Positions 7,784 to 15,540 of a stretch of 17,686 bases of DNA are shown here, piece by piece; position 1 is the stretch's first letter; every line of letters begins with the position of its first letter. Origin of the DNA: a bacterium (GTDB lineage Bacteria > Oederibacteriota > PGYV01 > Palsa-1178). The position numbers were made by a program, and so were the translations under genes. Below the pieces are notes generated by a model. It was not told the origin of the DNA and ran no database searches. It saw only the letters and a program-made list of their open reading frames with translations. The DNA is taken from NCBI GenBank assembly GCA_037138355.1, contig JBAXIL010000038.1, positions 1-17,686 on the forward strand, written 5' to 3'.

Positions 7784-8641
7784 ATGGAAACAAAAGGCTA
7801 CGGAGAAGTATTAAAAAAAGCAAGAGAAGCAAAGAAGTTCACTTATTTGGAATTGCAGAAAGTTCTAAAAATGGATCCGTCTTATCTTAAAGCTCTTGAG
7901 GAAGAAAATGTATTGCCTTTTGAAAAGCATGTTTATATGAGATTCTTTTTGAAAACATATGCGAAGCATCTCAAAGTAGATGTTAAGGAAGTTCTTGCCC
8001 TTTATGATTTTTCGCCAGAAGTTCAAGAATCTGAAAAACAGGTAAAAGATAAACCAAGGCACAAAATGCTTATCGGCAATTTTGTGAAAAATTCTGAAGC
8101 TAAAGAACTGGAAACCGCAAAAGGTATAGATCTTACAATCATGACGCAGAAAAATATGATAATTATAGGTTCAGCTGTGGCTGGGCTTATTTTGGTGATT
8201 GCGCTTATAATGATTTTTGCTGGAAAAGGAAAACCAGGACAGAGTTCAAATAATAATCTATATGTTGCAACAGTAAATGCTCCTTCGAGTCTTAAAGTTT
8301 CAGTTAGGGCTAAAGAAGATGTATGGATGAAGGCTCGTTATGAAGATAAACAAGAAGATTTTATGCTCAAAAGAGGAGAAACAAGAAAATGGAAAGATAC
8401 AAATAAAATTGTATTTTTGGTTGGTAATGCAGGTGGAGTGGAGTTTACAGTTAATGGTGATTCTATAGGCGTTATAGGAGAATCAGGAGAAGTAATAAAT
8501 GGACTTGTATTTGAAACAGGTAAGAATTGGTATATAGATAAAGCCCTTGGATTTAAAAGAGAAAATCCAAAGCCAGCTGTGGAAGCGGCAACGACTAATG
8601 CGGATTCAGAGCCAGCGGGTACAACTGCAACAGCACAATAG
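7784..8641 (+). CDS. rodZ: RodZ-like cytoskeleton protein (N-terminal HTH, one TM helix, DUF4115-type C-terminal domain)
   Basis: GEVLKKAREAK...YLKALEEE...FLKTYAKHL HTH, a single hydrophobic span, and C-terminal VWMK...GNAGGVEFTVNG. SD AAGGAG. Confidence 0.88.
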   Translation: METKGYGEVLKKAREAKKFTYLELQKVLKMDPSYLKALEEENVLPFEKHVYMRFFLKTYAKHLKVDVKEVLALYDFSPEVQESEKQVKDKPRHKMLIGNFVKNSEAKELETAKGIDLTIMTQKNMIIIGSAVAGLILVIALIMIFAGKGKPGQSSNNNLYVATVNAPSSLKVSVRAKEDVWMKARYEDKQEDFMLKRGETRKWKDTNKIVFLVGNAGGVEFTVNGDSIGVIGESGEVINGLVFETGKNWYIDKALGFKRENPKPAVEAATTNADSEPAGTTATAQ

Positions 8642-8699
8642 TTTTAGTATTTCATAAGTTAAATTGATTTGAGTTTTAACATTTTTTTGGAGGTGCTTT

Positions 8700-9200
8700 A
8701 TGGCATCAGACAGTTCCTTTGATATAGTTTCAAAGCTTGATATGCAGGAAGTGGTAAATGGTATAGACCAAGCCATGAGAGAAATAACTACGAGGTATGA
8801 TTTTAGAGATACTAATACTACAATTGAATTAAAACAGGAAGATAGGGAAATAATAATAACCACAACAGATGATTATAAGGTGAAAGCTGCGGAAGAAGTT
8901 TTTAGAAGTAAAATGATAAAACGCGGAGTTCCACTTAAAGCCTTAACCAGCGAGCCAGCAACACAGTCGGGTATGAACAAGATGATTATGAAAGTAAAAA
9001 TGCAGGATGGTATACCTCAGGAAAAAGGAAAAGAAATAGTAAAGTTTATAAAAGAACAGGACTTAAAAAAGATTCAGGCATCAATACAAAAAGATGTAGT
9101 GAGAGTTTCAAGTCCTAAAAAAGATGATTTGCAGACAGTCATGCAGCTATTAAAGGGACATGATTTTGGAATAGATATGCAATTTACGAACTTTAGATAA
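8700..9200 (+). CDS. yajQ: YajQ family nucleotide/c-di-GMP-binding protein
   Basis: SFDIVSKLDMQEV, RYDF, KIQASIQ...VRVS..KKDDLQ and terminal QFTNFR. SD GGAGGTG. Confidence 0.95.
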   Translation: MASDSSFDIVSKLDMQEVVNGIDQAMREITTRYDFRDTNTTIELKQEDREIIITTTDDYKVKAAEEVFRSKMIKRGVPLKALTSEPATQSGMNKMIMKVKMQDGIPQEKGKEIVKFIKEQDLKKIQASIQKDVVRVSSPKKDDLQTVMQLLKGHDFGIDMQFTNFR

Positions 9201-9272
9201 AATAATGTTGAAAGCCAAATGCAATGTCTTAATGAAAGTAAGAATGTTGATAATACATAATAAGGCGCATAA

Positions 9273-10562
9273 ATGAAGCTTGGTGTTATTAATCTTGGTT
9301 GTCCAAAAAATACAGTAGATACAGAAGTCATGATGTCTTATCTTCGTGATTTTACCTTAACAAAAAATCCTTCAGAAGCTGATTATATTCTTATAAATAC
9401 CTGTGGGTTTTTAAAGGCCTCCAGACTTGAATCTACAAAAGCTATTTCTGATATGTTAAAAAATAAAAAATGCAAAGTGATAGTGGCAGGTTGTTTTGTT
9501 ACTAAAGAATTAAAACATTTAAAAGAAAAATTTAAAACAGTTCACGCCTGGGTGGGAGTCAATGATATCTCAAATATCAGAATGGCTCTTGAAAAAGGCG
9601 GAGTGTTTATTGACTCGGCTCCATGTGTATATAGTGGAAAAGAACATGTGACCTTACTAAATCCTTATTCGGCTTATGTGAAAATATCTGATGGCTGTAA
9701 TCACAGGTGTTCGTTTTGTGTTATACCTTCAATTAAAGGTAAATATAGGTCAAGAAAGATTGAGGATATAGCAGAAGAAGTAAAGGAACTTGTAAATTCA
9801 GGAGTAGCGGAAATTAATTTAATAAGTCAGGATTTAACTTATTATGGTAGGGATAATTATGGGAGTCCTAAAATAGGACAACTTATGAAAGCAATACTTA
9901 AAAAAACGAAAAAGTTTTTCTGGTTAAGACTATTGTATTTATATCCTGATTTTTCAGCTATCAAGGATATAGCAGATATAATGGCAAAAGACACGAGGGT
10001 TTGTAGATATTTAGATATTCCTTTTCAACATATTTCAGATAGCATACTGAAAAGTATGAAACGCGGATATGGACGCAGTAAAGTTGAAAAAGCAATTAAA
10101 TATGTGAAAGCAGTAGTGCCTGAAGTGTCTCTGAGAACTTCATTTATTACTGGATATCCTAAAGAAACAGAAGCCAATTTTAAAGAACTTCTTGAATTTA
10201 TAAACGCTGGGTACATAGATAAAGCAGGAATATTTGCCTATTCAGATGAACCAGGAACAGCGGCTTACTTACTTAAACCAAAAATAAAACAAAATGTAAT
10301 AAATAAAAGGCAAAAAAAATTAGCCCTTGTTTCGGCTGCGATTTGCTATTATAATAATTCAAAGGAAAAAGAAAAAATAAAGAAAGTTCTTGTTATAGGA
10401 GCGCGCAGCAAAGGTATATATATGGGAAGGACAGAAGAAAACGCACCGGATATAGATAATTACATAATATTCAGTAGCAGAAAATCACTTAAACCAGGGG
10501 CTTTTGTGAAAGTTAAAATCACTGGGTATGAAAAATTTGACCTATTAGGAGCAGCGATTTGA
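9273..10562 (+). CDS. rimO: Ribosomal protein S12 methylthiotransferase
   Basis: LGCPKNTVD, INTCGF, VAGC (N-terminal cluster ligands); radical SAM CNHRCSFC; SQDLTYYG, WLRLLYLYP; APDID leading into a TRAM domain. Confidence 0.93.
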   Translation: MKLGVINLGCPKNTVDTEVMMSYLRDFTLTKNPSEADYILINTCGFLKASRLESTKAISDMLKNKKCKVIVAGCFVTKELKHLKEKFKTVHAWVGVNDISNIRMALEKGGVFIDSAPCVYSGKEHVTLLNPYSAYVKISDGCNHRCSFCVIPSIKGKYRSRKIEDIAEEVKELVNSGVAEINLISQDLTYYGRDNYGSPKIGQLMKAILKKTKKFFWLRLLYLYPDFSAIKDIADIMAKDTRVCRYLDIPFQHISDSILKSMKRGYGRSKVEKAIKYVKAVVPEVSLRTSFITGYPKETEANFKELLEFINAGYIDKAGIFAYSDEPGTAAYLLKPKIKQNVINKRQKKLALVSAAICYYNNSKEKEKIKKVLVIGARSKGIYMGRTEENAPDIDNYIIFSSRKSLKPGAFVKVKITGYEKFDLLGAAI

Positions 10563-11197
10563 TTAGTGAAGGTTTAAAAAAACTTCCAAACAGAATTACT
10601 ATGTTCCGTATGTTTATTATAGTTTTATTTATACCGGCGCTACTTGCGTCAAACATAGTATTTAATTATATAGCTTTGTTCCTTTTTGCCATTGCTGGTA
10701 TAAGTGATTGGTTGGACGGCTACCTCGCCAGAAAGTGGAATATAGTAAGTGATTTTGGAAAGGTCATGGATCCACTTGCGGATAAAATACTTGTGATATC
10801 TACACTTTTATGTTTTGTTCAGCTTGGAGTAGTCCCAGCGTGGATGGTGGTTATTATAATAAGTAGGGAATTCTTGATATCGGGAATACGAATGATGGCG
10901 GCACAAGATGGAAAAATAATTATGGCATCAAATCTGGGGAAAATAAAAACTTTCGTAGAAATGACAGCTATCACGACTGTGCTTTTATTAAAAGTTATAC
11001 AGGATACTATAGAATATTATAATGATACGCAAACATGGGAACAGATTCTTATGAGATTAGGTAATTGGGGAGATTTATTAGTCAAGGTTGCTTATGGAGC
11101 TCCTTACTGGCTTATGTTTATAGCAACGGTGATAAGTCTAATTTCTGGGCTTGATTATTTCTTTAAAAATAAAAAAATATTTGATAATGAGATTTAG
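10559..11197 (+). CDS. pgsA: CDP-diacylglycerol--glycerol-3-phosphate 3-phosphatidyltransferase
   Basis: LPNRITMFR, CDP-alcohol motif DWLDGYLARK...SDFGKVMDPLADK, ISREF, GKIKT. The TTG start overlaps the rimO stop (TTGA), with AGGAG upstream. Confidence 0.95.
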   Translation: MISEGLKKLPNRITMFRMFIIVLFIPALLASNIVFNYIALFLFAIAGISDWLDGYLARKWNIVSDFGKVMDPLADKILVISTLLCFVQLGVVPAWMVVIIISREFLISGIRMMAAQDGKIIMASNLGKIKTFVEMTAITTVLLLKVIQDTIEYYNDTQTWEQILMRLGNWGDLLVKVAYGAPYWLMFIATVISLISGLDYFFKNKKIFDNEI

Positions 11198-11247
11198 TTA
11201 TTTTTTAGTAAAAATATTATATTAAATTGATAATTTCAGGAGCGAAA

Positions 11248-11703
11248 ATGAAACATGTTTATTTGAGTATTGCCACTTTTTTTTATACGGGATATTTCCC
11301 AAAAGGTTCCGGCACCTTTGCTACAGCCTGCTTTTTGCCTTTTTATTACTTTTTGTTTAGAGATATGAATCCGTACCTATATGCAGGTATAACAGTAGCA
11401 CTTTATTTTATAGGTGTCTGGGCATCTAATTATGCTGAAGCAATACTGAAAAAAGAAGATCCTTCTGAAGTTGTGATAGATGAAGTGGTGGGATTTTTGA
11501 TAACTATGTTTCTTATTCCATATTCTTTTAAGGCAATGATGGTTGGTTTTGTGGTAGCAAGGGTACTTGATATAATAAAGCCTTTTCCCGCATATCAGTC
11601 ACAAGCACTACGGGGCGGTAATGGAATTATGATGGATGATACAATTTCAGGTATATATGGATGGATATTAATGATGTTGTTGGTGTATTTTAAAGTTTTA
11701 TAG
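11248..11703 (+). CDS. pgpA: Phosphatidylglycerophosphatase A
   Basis: GYFPKGSGTFAT, DPSEVVIDEVVG, RVLDIIKPFP, GGNGIMMDD. Start moved to in-frame ATG 11248 behind SD AGGAG at 11238-11242. Confidence 0.93.
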   Translation: MKHVYLSIATFFYTGYFPKGSGTFATACFLPFYYFLFRDMNPYLYAGITVALYFIGVWASNYAEAILKKEDPSEVVIDEVVGFLITMFLIPYSFKAMMVGFVVARVLDIIKPFPAYQSQALRGGNGIMMDDTISGIYGWILMMLLVYFKVL

Positions 11704-11723
11704 TTGTTTGACAGAAACATAAC

Positions 11724-11752
11724 TTGCTTTTACTTGTTTTACTGACTACACT
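11724..11752 (+). promoter_or_regulatory. Candidate sigma70 promoter for mfd giving a very short leader
   Basis: TTGCTT (11724-11729), 17 nt, TACACT (11747-11752). ATG at 11772 with no SD-like sequence. Confidence 0.4.
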
Positions 11753-11771
11753 ATATATGCACTCATAGATC

Positions 11772-14700
11772 ATGAAAGCACATTTGTCAAAATCCAGTGA
11801 AATAAAGAAGATTTTATCCCTAATAAAATCAGGGCATAAAAACATCATAGCAGAATCTTTAAGTGACTGCTTTCGGGGAATACTCTACTCAAAAATAATA
11901 TCAGAAACTGAAAAAGATATCTTTATAATAACCTCTTCTGAAAATATATACTCTCTTTATGCGGAAATATCAGGACTAAAAGACGAGTTTGAGATAAATG
12001 CTGAGATTTTGTTTTATCCTGAGGATGACTCTCTCATGTACGGTTCCTTGCAGGCTTCTAAAGAAATATCCAAAGCCAGAGCAAAAGCATATGAAGAAAT
12101 ATTCAGAAAAGACAGAAAGGTAATAATAACGGATATAAATGCTCTGGCAGAAAAAATACCTTCACCTGACAAGGTAAAAAAGTTTTTCTTTACACTAAAA
12201 AAAGATGGAAAGCTAAAGCCAGAAAAGATAGTTGAAATTCTAGCTGTAAATAAATATGAGCGCGTGTTAAAAGTAGAAAATGTTTTTGAATATTCGGTTA
12301 GGGGAAGTATTATTGATATATTTTCTCCTGACTATGAGTATCCAGTAAGAATAGAACTTTTTGGAGATAATATAGAATCTCTGCGGTTTTTTTCTTTGGA
12401 CACCTACTCCACCACAAAACATTTAGATAGTGTAGAACTACTTTTATTTAATCCAGGGAATAAGTTTAAAGGGGAAACAGGTTCCATAATAGATTATTTT
12501 GCACCTTATAAGACCATGGTGATAATAGATGATGCTGATGTCATAAAAGCAGAAATTATTGATAAAATAAAAAAAATAAACAAATACATAGAAAACTCTG
12601 AAATCAAGGAGAATCTGTTTCAACTTCCAGCTGTATATAGAAAACTTTCTCTTTATCAAAAGTTAAAAACTTATTCAATAACAAAATATCATGGTGGTAT
12701 TAAGTTTAAAATTCGATCTAATCCACCTTTTAATAGAGATATGAAGTTGTTTTTTGAATATATGAAGGAGCTTGAAGATGGAGGGTACTTCAACTATATA
12801 ATTTCTGATAATGATGCCGAAACAAAACATTTAAAGGAAATGTTTGAAGATTATGATAAGGAAAATAAAATAAATCTATTTAAAAATACTAAATTTTTAT
12901 CAGCTAATAATAATGCAGGTTGCGTGTTACCTGACATAAAACTTTCTTTTATATCAAACAGGGAAATATTTGCAAGATACAAAGGAAAAGTAACAGGGAG
13001 ACGCAAGGAAAAATTATTAAAACCTATAAAACATTATATGGAACTTAAAGAAAAAGATTTTGTGGTGCACCGAGAGCATGGTATTGGAGTTTTTGAAGGC
13101 GTAAAAGCCATGGTGATAGATGATATCAACTCTGATTTTATTTATATAAGATATGCTGGAGATGATAAGTTATATTTACCTATATATAAAATATCAATGA
13201 TTGATAAGTATGTAGGTTCTGAAGGAACTCCTATACTTTCTAAGCTTGGTGGAGCATCGTGGAAAAAAACTAAGGAAGAAATACAAAATCAATTAAGGTT
13301 TATGGCTGCTGAATTATTAAATATCTATGCCAAGCGCGAAACCGCGGGAGGCATACGCTATCCTATAGATGATGAAGAACAAAAAGCTTTTGAACAGGCC
13401 TTTATATATGAAGAAACAGAAGATCAAAATAGGGCTATCTTGGAAGTTAAAGCTGATATGTTAAAGGAAAAACCTATGGATAGACTTGTCTGTGGAGATG
13501 CAGGTTTTGGAAAGACAGAAGTTGCAATGCGGGCTGCATTTAAAGCTGTAAATGCTGGTCGCCAGGTACTTGTAATGACAGCGACAACGCTTCTGGCACA
13601 GCAACATTTTTTTACATTTAAAGAAAGAATGGCGGATTATCCTATCAGGATAGAAATGATGTCACGGCTTGTGTCTGCAAAAGAAAAAAAAGAAACTATA
13701 GAAGCAAATAAAAAAGGTGTTGTAGATATTTTAATTGGAACAAGTGCGGTGCTTGGTGAAAAGGTGGAGTTTAATGATTTAGGTCTTGTGATTATAGATG
13801 AAGAACAGCACTTCGGGGTGAAGAATAAAGAACACTTGAGAGACAAATATCCACAGACAGATATATTGACATTAACTGCTACTCCAATTCCAAGAACTTT
13901 ATATTTTGCTATGTCAGGCATAAGAAGTATAAGTAATATAAATACTCCTCCTCCAGGAAAAAGATCTATAGAGACTTGCATTGCTGAAGAAAAACTTTCC
14001 ACAATAAAAGAAGTTATACTTAGAGAAGTTTTGCGCAAAGGACAGGTTTTTTATATACATAATAATATTAGGACGATATTTAATCTTAAAGAATCACTTG
14101 AAAAAAATCTTCCAGGTATTCGTTTTAGGGTTGCTCATGGAAGAATGAAAAAAGATCATCTTGAAAAAATAATGCGTGATTTATTGCATCGGCAGTTCGA
14201 TGTGCTTATCTCTACGACTATAGTAGAGTCAGGTTTGGATTTGCCTGATGTGAATACTATTATTATCGGTTCAGCAGATAGGTTTGGATTGTCGCAGTTA
14301 TATCAGCTAAGGGGTAGAGTAGGCAGGCGTGATAAGCAGGCGTATGCATATTTGCTTGTAAAGGATGCAAAATATCTTACAGGCATTGCGAAGGAAAGAT
14401 TGAAAACTATAGAAAGCTATGTAGATCCTGGAGCAGGATTTCGCATAGCTATGAAGGATATGGAACTGCGTGGTGCGGGTAATCTACTTGGAACAAAACA
14501 GCATGGCAATATGGAAAAAATCGGTTTTGAACTTTATTGTAAAATGCTTGAAGAAGCAGTGGCAAGATTGTCAAATGGACATTATGAAGAAGAGGTGGAT
14601 ACAAAAATAAAAGTATCTTTCAAGGCATTTATTCCTGAAGTTTATATTTGGGACTCTGGAGAAAAAATAAGGGTTTATAGAAGACTTTTTGCTGCGAGGT

Positions 14701-14993
14701 CAAATGAAGACATTAAAGAAATAGAAAAATATCTTAAAGATGCCTGGGGAGCTATGCCTGAAGAAGTGAAAAATATATTATTTGTTGCAGAATTAAAAAT
14801 GATAGGGAGAAAGTTAAAGTTGTATGAAATTGCTGTGACAGACACAAAACTTGCTATGACTTGGGATGAAGCTGTTCCGCAGGATATAATGAGAAAGATA
14901 GCTACAAAGTATAAAAAAATATATAAGCCATTGCCAAATAGAATTGAATTTGATTATGTTTCAAGAAAGGAAATAGCAGAGCTAATTGTGTGA
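11772..14993 (+). CDS. mfd: Transcription-repair coupling factor
   Basis: UvrB-like EYSVRGSIIDIF..P..P.RIELFGD; CarD-like RID VVHREHGIG; PMDRLVCGDAGFGKT, DEEQHFG, TATPIPRT, QLYQLRGRVGR; TRG motif DMELRGAGNLLG; C-terminal TRCF domain. Confidence 0.97.
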   Translation: MKAHLSKSSEIKKILSLIKSGHKNIIAESLSDCFRGILYSKIISETEKDIFIITSSENIYSLYAEISGLKDEFEINAEILFYPEDDSLMYGSLQASKEISKARAKAYEEIFRKDRKVIITDINALAEKIPSPDKVKKFFFTLKKDGKLKPEKIVEILAVNKYERVLKVENVFEYSVRGSIIDIFSPDYEYPVRIELFGDNIESLRFFSLDTYSTTKHLDSVELLLFNPGNKFKGETGSIIDYFAPYKTMVIIDDADVIKAEIIDKIKKINKYIENSEIKENLFQLPAVYRKLSLYQKLKTYSITKYHGGIKFKIRSNPPFNRDMKLFFEYMKELEDGGYFNYIISDNDAETKHLKEMFEDYDKENKINLFKNTKFLSANNNAGCVLPDIKLSFISNREIFARYKGKVTGRRKEKLLKPIKHYMELKEKDFVVHREHGIGVFEGVKAMVIDDINSDFIYIRYAGDDKLYLPIYKISMIDKYVGSEGTPILSKLGGASWKKTKEEIQNQLRFMAAELLNIYAKRETAGGIRYPIDDEEQKAFEQAFIYEETEDQNRAILEVKADMLKEKPMDRLVCGDAGFGKTEVAMRAAFKAVNAGRQVLVMTATTLLAQQHFFTFKERMADYPIRIEMMSRLVSAKEKKETIEANKKGVVDILIGTSAVLGEKVEFNDLGLVIIDEEQHFGVKNKEHLRDKYPQTDILTLTATPIPRTLYFAMSGIRSISNINTPPPGKRSIETCIAEEKLSTIKEVILREVLRKGQVFYIHNNIRTIFNLKESLEKNLPGIRFRVAHGRMKKDHLEKIMRDLLHRQFDVLISTTIVESGLDLPDVNTIIIGSADRFGLSQLYQLRGRVGRRDKQAYAYLLVKDAKYLTGIAKERLKTIESYVDPGAGFRIAMKDMELRGAGNLLGTKQHGNMEKIGFELYCKMLEEAVARLSNGHYEEEVDTKIKVSFKAFIPEVYIWDSGEKIRVYRRLFAARSNEDIKEIEKYLKDAWGAMPEEVKNILFVAELKMIGRKLKLYEIAVTDTKLAMTWDEAVPQDIMRKIATKYKKIYKPLPNRIEFDYVSRKEIAELIV

Positions 14994-15146
14994 GTTTTGG
15001 ATAGTAAAATAAATATATTATAGAAAAAAAACCTAAGACAATAATAATTAACTTGTAAGAGTATTGCCCATCTATTTTGTCCCGTCATTTGATATCCTTC
15101 TCAAAACCCAAATTTTGATTATTTAGGTCAAACCTTTATGCCAAAA

Positions 15147-15218
15147 CTAAAGAAAAAGCATATGCGGGTAAAAACTGACCTTTGCCCAGTGGCATAGCAA
15201 ACCCACCCAAATATCCAT
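15147..15218 (-). CDS. Candidate 23-aa hydrophobic small ORF (MDIWVGLLCHWAKVSFYPHMLFL)
   Basis: Minus-strand AAAGGAG (15230-15224), 5 nt, ATG (15218), TAG at 15149-15147. No recognised homology. Confidence 0.25.
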   Translation of the reverse strand: MDIWVGLLCHWAKVSFYPHMLFL

Positions 15219-15253
15219 ATTTACTCCTTTAAAATATGGTGTTTTATTGATAT

Positions 15254-15262
15254 TGCTATAAT
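15254..15262 (+). promoter_or_regulatory. Extended -10 promoter candidate upstream of the large secreted protein gene
   Basis: TGcTATAAT, a perfect TGnTATAAT, with no recognisable -35. Confidence 0.4.
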
Positions 15263-15362
15263 TTAATAAGTTTACTAAACAAGTATCAATTATCCTGAAT
15301 TAGGCCATATTAATATATATGGTATAAATTACCTATTTTGAGTATTAACTTCCTTATTTGTG

Positions 15363-15391
15363 TTGACAAATGGCATAAAATTTTGTATATT
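15363..15391 (+). promoter_or_regulatory. sigma70 promoter for the large secreted protein gene
   Basis: TTGACA (15363-15368), 17 nt, TATATT (15386-15391). Confidence 0.65.
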
Positions 15392-15540
15392 TCTAATACG
15401 GACAAAATATATGACTAGATATTAAACAAAATACTTAATTTACAGTCTTAATATCAAACTCCGCACTAAAAAAATAGTGAAGATACTTAATAAGGAGAAG
15501 TGTCATCAAAAAGCAAGAAAGTAATAAAAAGAAAACACAA

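Noticed and set aside
14954..15088. 44-codon minus-strand ORF (MTGQNRWAILL...) preceded by AAGGA
   Set aside because: It overlaps the mfd 3' end on the opposite strand, crosses low-complexity AT sequence, and has no recognisable features.
15060..15390. c-di-GMP-I riboswitch or sigma54 promoter upstream of the surface protein (GGGCAAA and TGGCA motifs)
   Set aside because: The GGCAAA is not followed by the GNRA-loop/CGCAAA architecture, and none of the TGGCA sites has GC at the required spacing.
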